64,000 bases of DNA from a virus, in the IMG/VR virus record IMGVR_UViG_3300045988_165047. One strand, 5' to 3'. The notes beneath the pieces were generated by a model. It was not told the DNA's origin. It saw nothing but the letters and a program-made list of their open reading frames with translations, and did not search any database. Every line of letters starts with the position of its first letter. The first letter of the stretch is position 1. The position numbers were made by a program, and so were the translations under genes. Positions 57,910-64,000 of the stretch are shown here, in pieces.

Positions 57910-59410
57910 TGACTCTAATTGTTAGTTCGGAGTCCTTGATAGTTCTGAAAATCTCAGATTTGTCAAGGGCAATATCTGGCATAACTACATATCTACCTCC
58001 CATATCAAGGAGGAAAGAAACAGCCTGAACTCCTCGCACCTGAGTACGGAGGATAATGTCAAGGTCCTGTTTCTTGAAACCACCACCATAGGAGGCTTTA
58101 ACTCTAGGGTTGGTGTAGTCTTTAAGGGCCTGCGCAACGGCACTACGTGTGACCTCCTGATTAGTACCAAGGGACACAACCACGTCCACCACCAAAGATT
58201 TCGCTTCGTAGTTAGCCTTAGTCAGCAGACTACGATAGTTATTAGCTTGGTATCTTCCCGTGTACCCCACAATAAGATATGGGTGGAACTCCTCTGCAAG
58301 AATTTGAAGCTCCTTAGCATTGAGTTCAAAGGTGTCCTCCGTAGGGATAACGTTATACACGACCTCCTGCCCCTCAAAGTGTACAGAAGATTTGTGTACA
58401 AAGGGGAAGCTGTTAAGAAGATGCTCCGCAGACTCCTCATTGATAGCCGCACGTCTGTTCTGATACGACATAGGGGCTTTAGCCTTGATAGAAGCGAGAC
58501 TCTCGGGGTCACTACCTCCCGTGGCATTAGACAGCATACGAACCTCTGTAACGGCTCTAGCAGGCAAGGAAGCCCCCACAGAGGCATCACCCTTATGGAT
58601 GTTCCCGTTCGCCCCCTTACAGCGTCTGTATTCAATTCGTATGGACTTATCAAGAGAGGGCTTATTACCAAACCCATCTTCACCGAAGAACACCGAGCAG
58701 GACCCGTTCTCTTCGGGTAGTACCATAAAGTGGTTACTCCCCCTAGTGGAGTCCCCAAAGTTCTTTACCTGCTCATAACGGATGTTGTCAATGATTACCT
58801 GAAGGCTATCAATGTCCACCATCGTCTTCCCTATGTACACGTTGTACCCGTTAAAGGGGATAAGTTCGGCAAGCTGATTCCCCTCTCTAAGGGTGATAAC
58901 CATAGAGGTAGTAGTGTCGCTTCTGTCTAAGCGAATATCCTCATCGTTGGAGAACTTGGTCCCATTAACCTCTACGATTAAGTCACCTCTTCGGTAAGTG
59001 ATAGCGTCCCCCTTGTCAAAGATTACCTCAAAGGAAGAGGAAGCACCCTTACACGATTGCGGATAGTAGCCTATCGTAGAAGCCAAGCTAACCGCATTAC
59101 TATACGAGCGCATCTTTCTTAGGATGCCCTCATTAGCAAACGCATTGATATACCAAAAGTCCTTCTCAGAAAAGAGCGCAAACAGCTCCAAAAGGAACTC
59201 TCCGAAGTCCGACTTGCTTCTATCTGTCCACTCGGGGAACACAGCGTCAGCAATAGAGTGCGCCTTAGTTACCATCTGCGCCATATTGGCGTTGGTGAGG
59301 AGGTCTTCCTCGGGGATAATCAAGAGCTGTGAGTACTTTTGGAGCTTTTGAAGCGTGGGGACATCCAAGTCCGAAAAGTATTTTAGGAGTTGTTCTTTAG
59401 TCTGTGTCAT
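57899..59410 (-). CDS. Baseplate wedge protein, gpJ / T4 gp6-like
   Basis: 503 aa. The N-terminal FPEWTDRSKSDFGEFLLELFALFSEKDFWYINAFANEG resembles the Baseplate_J pattern. Confidence 0.6.
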   Translation of the reverse strand: MTQTKEQLLKYFSDLDVPTLQKLQKYSQLLIIPEEDLLTNANMAQMVTKAHSIADAVFPEWTDRSKSDFGEFLLELFALFSEKDFWYINAFANEGILRKMRSYSNAVSLASTIGYYPQSCKGASSSFEVIFDKGDAITYRRGDLIVEVNGTKFSNDEDIRLDRSDTTTSMVITLREGNQLAELIPFNGYNVYIGKTMVDIDSLQVIIDNIRYEQVKNFGDSTRGSNHFMVLPEENGSCSVFFGEDGFGNKPSLDKSIRIEYRRCKGANGNIHKGDASVGASLPARAVTEVRMLSNATGGSDPESLASIKAKAPMSYQNRRAAINEESAEHLLNSFPFVHKSSVHFEGQEVVYNVIPTEDTFELNAKELQILAEEFHPYLIVGYTGRYQANNYRSLLTKANYEAKSLVVDVVVSLGTNQEVTRSAVAQALKDYTNPRVKASYGGGFKKQDLDIILRTQVRGVQAVSFLLDMGGRYVVMPDIALDKSEIFRTIKDSELTIRVNAI

Positions 59411-59769
59411 ACAAAAATAACGTCTGATGTTAATGTGTTGTCTTCATTGAGGACCTCATAAGATACTTTCAGTGTGAGGTTCTTTCGGTCGCTTCCAACG
59501 TAACCAACGTCAATATCCTTTACCTTGACAGAGGGGACGTACTTCTTGATACCTCTTTGTAGAGTACCAAGAAGAATTACCTTGTTTGATACCACGTAAG
59601 AGACGGGTCTCTGTACAAGGGTAATGAAGTTAGCCCCAAAGTTAGGGGTGTATATCCTATTCCTATCAAAGGAGCAATAGAAGTACATAGCGTCTCTTCC
59701 CCTCACAGCACCCTCTGAAAGGGAGATTTTCCCATTCACAAGGGGCAAATCAGTGTTTAATCCACGCAT
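59407..59769 (-). CDS. Baseplate wedge protein, gpW / gp25-like
   Basis: 120 aa. Contains YTPNFGANFITLVQRP. Its position before the J-like gene fits. Confidence 0.5.
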   Translation of the reverse strand: MRGLNTDLPLVNGKISLSEGAVRGRDAMYFYCSFDRNRIYTPNFGANFITLVQRPVSYVVSNKVILLGTLQRGIKKYVPSVKVKDIDVGYVGSDRKNLTLKVSYEVLNEDNTLTSDVIFV

Positions 59770-59771
59770 AG

Positions 59772-60050
59772 CTAAACGATTTTAGAGGGTTTAAGAGGAG
59801 CTACAATAGCTGGTGTTGTGGGTGTCGTGCTAGTGACCGACACGTTCTGAGGTCCGACTATTATGTCACCACTACGAACAAAAGCGTCCACAGAGGACGC
59901 AATAGTCTTAGCAAGCTCCCCAGCTACTCGGTCAATGACTGCGCTGGGGTCCTCTTGTTCATCCCCATTAAGGGCGTTATCACTTTGTTTCAAGAGAGCT
60001 TCTTTGATACCCGATTTAAGGGAACTCTCTAAAGATAGTTTATTCAGCAT
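59772..60050 (-). CDS. Hypothetical baseplate-module protein
   Basis: 92 aa. Confidence 0.5.
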   Translation of the reverse strand: MLNKLSLESSLKSGIKEALLKQSDNALNGDEQEDPSAVIDRVAGELAKTIASSVDAFVRSGDIIVGPQNVSVTSTTPTTPAIVAPLKPSKIV

Positions 60051-60465
60051 CGCCTACTTTGTTAATCAGCTTGTTAATATCCTCTAGCTTGGTAGTTATC
60101 TCAGAGAACTTCTTAATAGAGTCTGGCATAAAAGGCTGAGGACCAATGTTAGTATTGACCTTAGCCTTGCCCAGCTGTTTCAAGAGTTCAGTAAGACACT
60201 CAAGAATTTGCTCCACCACATCGTACTTCTTAGACTTCGCCGAGTTGGTAGGGAAGAACCCAATAATCATAGGGTTCTCTAAGATGTCCTTTTCAAAAGC
60301 AACTACTGCCAAAAAGTCATCTTTGTACTCCTTAATCCACTCTTCGGAGGGAGCAACAATACCACTACCTACCATAATAGGCACAAGGAGTGTCTCTCCC
60401 GTTCTAAACTTAACTCGGTAGCTGTGGTCCTTTACTTCACCAAGTATCTTAGCAAATTCAATCAT
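60040..60465 (-). CDS. Baseplate spike/hub OB-fold protein, gpV-like
   Basis: YRVKFRTGETLLVPIMV...LAVVAFEKDILENPMIIGFFP resembles the gp5/gpV OB-fold pattern. Confidence 0.45.
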   Translation of the reverse strand: MIEFAKILGEVKDHSYRVKFRTGETLLVPIMVGSGIVAPSEEWIKEYKDDFLAVVAFEKDILENPMIIGFFPTNSAKSKKYDVVEQILECLTELLKQLGKAKVNTNIGPQPFMPDSIKKFSEITTKLEDINKLINKVGDAE

Positions 60466-61796
60466 CGTATAAACTCTAGTTCAGTCCAAGTACCATCAGA
60501 GTCCCAAATGTGTTTGAGACCTCTTAGGAAGAAATGGGTGTCCAAATTCTTGGTGTGGTAACTAAGAATACCTCTAACGGGGTAAGACCTCTGAGAACGA
60601 ATATCAAGGTCCTGATTTGTCTTAGCCGACAAGGTAATACCAAAGAACGCCTTATCAAACATAGCGGTGCGCTCATCAAGTATTTGCGTACGCTTGTAGT
60701 AATAAGCCGCATTATCGGGGTTATCCTTACTACCCCACTCCATACCCGTTGGGGAGGACTCTCGTATTCTCTTAGCTCTTTCGGGGTCCGTTCTATGGAT
60801 GAAGGCTACCTTCTCCTCATCAAGTTCGTAGAACACCATATAACGCTTCCCGTCCTTCTCTTCAATTTCGGAGATAGTGGACTTTTCCTCCCCCGTAGTT
60901 TTATCAAAGTAGACCGCAGACCTAGACACTGCATGCGCCGCAGAAATGTCCTCGTCAATGGAGACGCTTCTAAGCATACGGATGCGACTAGGAGCGTCTG
61001 GGAATTGTTGTATCTCGTTCTCTCTTGGAGAGGTTATGCGCCCTTGTAAGGGGTATAAGAACCCAATCTCAGACTGCTTAGAGAACGCCTTACGCTTGTT
61101 TACGAAGTTAAGTTTCTCCACCCCATTCTCATTAGACACCCATACAGAGCAACCAAAGTCTTGGGCAAGCATATTGAGGTACTTCCAATCGGTCATCCCC
61201 TTTTGGTAAGACACCTTAATAGCGTTGAAGTCTCGCTTAACTGAGACAACGTCCTCATTAGGTGCATCAAGGTCAATAACCCCCAACTCAAAGTTGTTCT
61301 CTTCGGCAATACCCCTAATGATGTCCATAGCACTAAGGGTTTTAGCTTGGGCGAACTTACGGCTACTATGGGGGTCGGGGTACACAAAGTGTTTGAAGTC
61401 CTTGCCCAGCTTAGTAAACCCGAAGTTCATACACTCTACGCTGAAAGTAATACTCCCGTCATCCTCAAAGCGAGTTCTTAGGCGAGTGACCGTCCCCGAG
61501 AACACGTGCTTCATACTTCTCTGGCTGTCGGAGTAGTAACCGCCCATAAGGGCAATAGCTTGTCCGATATGGAAGTAGTAAAGCAAAATATCAGCGTGCC
61601 TCGTTATGGTGAAGTTGAGAGTATTGAGCAATTCAGCCTTCTCCTCGTACACAACGGGGTAACTGACGAAAGGCTCAATGTCAATGAAGTCCCCGTCAGT
61701 ATTGAAAACAACCCCCGACCCTTTAAGGTCGTCAAGGTTCTTTCTTCGCCCGTTGAATAGGCGAATCTTAAAGCTAGGTTGAATAGAATTACCCAT
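60462..61796 (-). CDS. Baseplate hub protein, gpD / Mu gp44-like
   Basis: 444 aa. Its position between the LysM (gpX-like) and spike genes fits, and the N-terminus is compatible with the GPD family. Confidence 0.5.
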   Translation of the reverse strand: MGNSIQPSFKIRLFNGRRKNLDDLKGSGVVFNTDGDFIDIEPFVSYPVVYEEKAELLNTLNFTITRHADILLYYFHIGQAIALMGGYYSDSQRSMKHVFSGTVTRLRTRFEDDGSITFSVECMNFGFTKLGKDFKHFVYPDPHSSRKFAQAKTLSAMDIIRGIAEENNFELGVIDLDAPNEDVVSVKRDFNAIKVSYQKGMTDWKYLNMLAQDFGCSVWVSNENGVEKLNFVNKRKAFSKQSEIGFLYPLQGRITSPRENEIQQFPDAPSRIRMLRSVSIDEDISAAHAVSRSAVYFDKTTGEEKSTISEIEEKDGKRYMVFYELDEEKVAFIHRTDPERAKRIRESSPTGMEWGSKDNPDNAAYYYKRTQILDERTAMFDKAFFGITLSAKTNQDLDIRSQRSYPVRGILSYHTKNLDTHFFLRGLKHIWDSDGTWTELEFIR

Positions 61797-62112
61797 TGGT
61801 GCTGTATATGTTTCGTTGAGTATCGGAGTCTCTGATGATTATCCTCGGGAGCTTGAGAACGTCCCCAGCCTGCCAATCATCGGGCATTCTAGGAGGGTTG
61901 TTGTCCGCTATAAGCGTCCACAAGTGTTCAAGACCTTCCCCAAAAATGCGCTCCGCAATAGAATAGAGTGTCTCCCCATCCTTTACGATGTACTCATACC
62001 AAGAGTACGTAACCGAAGCGTCCTTAATAGGATAATGGGAAACCTTACCGCCCAAAAACTGAGCGATAAGGTTCTTCTTGTTGTAAAAAGCGTTACTAAT
62101 CATCTTTCCCAC
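61789..62112 (-). CDS. LysM-domain tail protein (P2 gpX-like)
   Basis: YIVKDGETLYSIAERIFGEG...WQAGDVLKLP is a LysM-like motif. Confidence 0.6.
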   Translation of the reverse strand: MGKMISNAFYNKKNLIAQFLGGKVSHYPIKDASVTYSWYEYIVKDGETLYSIAERIFGEGLEHLWTLIADNNPPRMPDDWQAGDVLKLPRIIIRDSDTQRNIYSTNG

Positions 62113-63011
62113 TTAACTCGTCGCTCAAGGGTCTCGTACTCGTGAACGACAAATTCTACATTTACATTAGCTCTGATAGGGGTTAAATCTCTATCAAAAA
62201 GAGTGTACTCTACGGGGCAACTCCTCAAGAACCCTTCTAAGTAGATAGGTCCAAGAGCGAGGACAGCCGTTGCAGGGGGTCGGAATTGGTTTTCCGATAC
62301 TACCCCACCCTCTGCAAATCTTGGGGTCTCCTCACCAACGAGTTTAGCAGGGTACAGAAAGCTCTGTAAGAACTCTACCTCTGGGAGAACTCCCCTTTCG
62401 TGCACTCTAGAGACCGAGTAAGCATCCCCAACAAAGTCAAACCTATCAGGTCCAGCATTGGGAGATTTAAGGGGGTTCAAGTCTCTAAGATACCCCTCTA
62501 CACGAGACTTTATCGTGTGTCTAGGGACTTCGTACTTTTGGGTCTCCTCATTGTAGGGGAACCCTTTACCCTTATCATCAATCTCCATAGCTCTTGCAGA
62601 ACCATAGCTCTCTGGACGGAGCTGGCGGTACTTAGACCCTGGGGTATTATCTAGAAAGAGCTGGAACGTTATTACACGTTCACCTCCACCACTCCAAGAA
62701 TAGTCCTCATAATGAAGACCTGCGTAGTTTCGGTTAGCGTACGTTGTGTTCTTAGTGTCAGAGACGGTCTGTGGGTTAAACTGAAACTGATAACCTTTGT
62801 TTAGGTCAATAGTGTTAGCTGAACGCACATACTCTCTGTCAATAATAATCCCTCGGGTAGGTGTGTACCCACCTGAAAACCTGCTTGGGTCTTCACCAAA
62901 AGCTCCAGAGGGGTTTCTTCGTAGTACCGAAGCAAACTCACTCAGAGCAATGTCAGCCGCCGTAGAAACGGCTCCTGCTAAAGCAAAGTTAGTAATTCCC
63001 TTAATATCCAT
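62100..63011 (-). CDS. Tail protein between the tape measure and hub (Mu gp43-position analogue)
   Basis: 303 aa. Position only. Confidence 0.35.
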   Translation of the reverse strand: MDIKGITNFALAGAVSTAADIALSEFASVLRRNPSGAFGEDPSRFSGGYTPTRGIIIDREYVRSANTIDLNKGYQFQFNPQTVSDTKNTTYANRNYAGLHYEDYSWSGGGERVITFQLFLDNTPGSKYRQLRPESYGSARAMEIDDKGKGFPYNEETQKYEVPRHTIKSRVEGYLRDLNPLKSPNAGPDRFDFVGDAYSVSRVHERGVLPEVEFLQSFLYPAKLVGEETPRFAEGGVVSENQFRPPATAVLALGPIYLEGFLRSCPVEYTLFDRDLTPIRANVNVEFVVHEYETLERRVKWER

Positions 63012-64000
63012 TAGCCCATTCCTCCTCTTAAGCTGTTAGTTCTCTCCATATCCATAATGGTCTCTCTGACAAGATTTGCGAGCTTTCTTTCATCAAACCC
63101 ACTATCCTTACCAACGACAATCTGAATTGCGCCGTTTGCAAAGGATAGGTTGTTGGTAGTACCCGAGCCTGTGTCAAGAGACTTAGCAGAAGCTGTGGCT
63201 TTGGCATCCATAATGGGGTTTCTGTCCTTTTTACCACCGCCACCAAAGATGTCACCGAAGTTCTCAGAGAGATTTTGGAAACCATCTTCTAGTTGCTGGT
63301 TGTTAAGGACTGTCCCCTTACCGCCAGAGTTCCAACTAAGGTCTACAACCCCGAATTGTTTTGCCTCCTCACTTGTGGACTGAGCAATACTATCAGAAGC
63401 CATACCAAGGAACTTAGCCGCCTTACCGATAATCTCGGAGATTTTCTGCCAGATGTTTTTAATCCACTCAAATGCCTTTTTGATAGGCTGAATGAGTGTT
63501 TCATCAATCCATTTACCGACAGAGGAGTCCTTGAAGTATGCCCACATACGTTTGATACCTGATACGATGTTGGACCCAATCTTCTTAATACCTCTCCACA
63601 GCCTTATGCAACTAGTCATCACCTTGGTAATTACCCAAGCAACGATGTTCCACAAGAACCTCCACCATTCTACGAGGAAGACTACGGCTGAATGTACGAG
63701 GTCTCTGAACTTCTCACACTTGATATAAAGCGCAATGAATAGAGCAATAGCTATGGTAATCCACCCAACGGGGTTAGTCGCCATAATCGCCTGAGAAGCC
63801 GCCGCAAACGACCTAAGTGCGCCCATAAACAAGCTAGGAAGACTAAGGAGGAAAGACCCTGCGGACTTAAACCCGTTACCAATAGCTTGTGACGCTCCCT
63901 TTATTGACGTGAAGTTCTTGAGAACACCAGCTGTTGCAGAGTACACACTACGAGCCGAAGCCTTCATAATGTTACCAGCGTTCACAAAGAGGCTCTTAGT
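63011..64000 (-). CDS. Tape measure protein, C-terminal part (open to the window end)
   Basis: The frame stays open beyond the first Met at 63985 to position 64000. It has hydrophobic segments typical of tape measure proteins (LLSLPSLFMGALRSF, WITIAIALFIALYI) and sits upstream of the baseplate genes. Confidence 0.6.
   Translation of the reverse strand, partial: TKSLFVNAGNIMKASARSVYSATAGVLKNFTSIKGASQAIGNGFKSAGSFLLSLPSLFMGALRSFAAASQAIMATNPVGWITIAIALFIALYIKCEKFRDLVHSAVVFLVEWWRFLWNIVAWVITKVMTSCIRLWRGIKKIGSNIVSGIKRMWAYFKDSSVGKWIDETLIQPIKKAFEWIKNIWQKISEIIGKAAKFLGMASDSIAQSTSEEAKQFGVVDLSWNSGGKGTVLNNQQLEDGFQNLSENFGDIFGGGGKKDRNPIMDAKATASAKSLDTGSGTTNNLSFANGAIQIVVGKDSGFDERKLANLVRETIMDMERTNSLRGGMG

Noticed and set aside
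55946-64000. My initial impression that this is a crAss-like podovirus, based on the Bacteroidota-type promoters, giant proteins, tRNAs and ThyX-like gene.
   Set aside because: The window encodes a Mu/P2-type contractile-tail baseplate set: tape measure, LysM gpX-like, gpD-like hub, gpV-like spike, gpW-like, gpJ-like and gpI-like proteins. That points to a myovirus-type tail. No crAss hallmark genes were recognised.
1-64000. Stop-codon reassignment (TAG or TGA recoding), as seen in some Bacteroidota phages.
   Set aside because: Under the standard code the ORFs tile the minus strand with almost no unexplained gaps, and the long genes (7.6 kb fibre, polA, terL) are uninterrupted. The only frame problem is the tiny AK-rich ORF, which involves a frame shift at a TAA rather than read-through.

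Overview
This window looks like about 64 kb of a tailed dsDNA phage genome. Every supportable gene is on the minus strand, tightly tiled and often with 1-4 nt start/stop overlaps. The host is probably a member of the Bacteroidota. I infer this from recurrent TTTG-N19/20-TAnnTTTG promoter-like boxes and the absence of Shine-Dalgarno sequences. Reading the minus strand from 64000 down to 1, the modules are:
- a tape-measure C-terminus and a Mu/P2-type contractile-tail baseplate block (63.9-55.9 kb);
- a replication/recombination block (55.6-42 kb): SF2 helicase, HU, DnaC-like loader, DnaB-like helicase, DnaG-like primase, gp32-like SSB, family-A DNA polymerase and UvsX/RecA-like recombinase;
- an AAA+/vWA pair;
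- two tRNAs (Lys-UUU, Arg-UCU) plus a degenerate tRNA-like sequence;
- a nucleotide-metabolism/nuclease block (Cas4-like nuclease, DUF3310-like protein, ThyX-like protein, MazG-like protein);
- a 7-deazaguanine DNA-modification set (QueC, DpdA-like and QueE here; FolE and QueD elsewhere);
- a 2546-aa multidomain fibre protein;
- an ATP-dependent DNA ligase;
- an array of small paralogous proteins;
- a 2.5-kb gene-free, repeat-dense region (10.26-12.76 kb);
- two tandem paralogs, a type IB topoisomerase, two very basic proteins, the large terminase and the portal (truncated at the window start).
The most unusual feature is the gene-free region. It contains eight tandem 21-bp units in exact register, 14 exact copies of an 8-mer in both orientations, phased G-tracts and A-tracts, an A/T-only tract and a CA-only tract. 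I read it as a candidate origin, genome terminus or regulatory hub.
All functional calls come from reading motifs in the supplied translations. No database search was run, and the coordinates of small elements were counted by hand.
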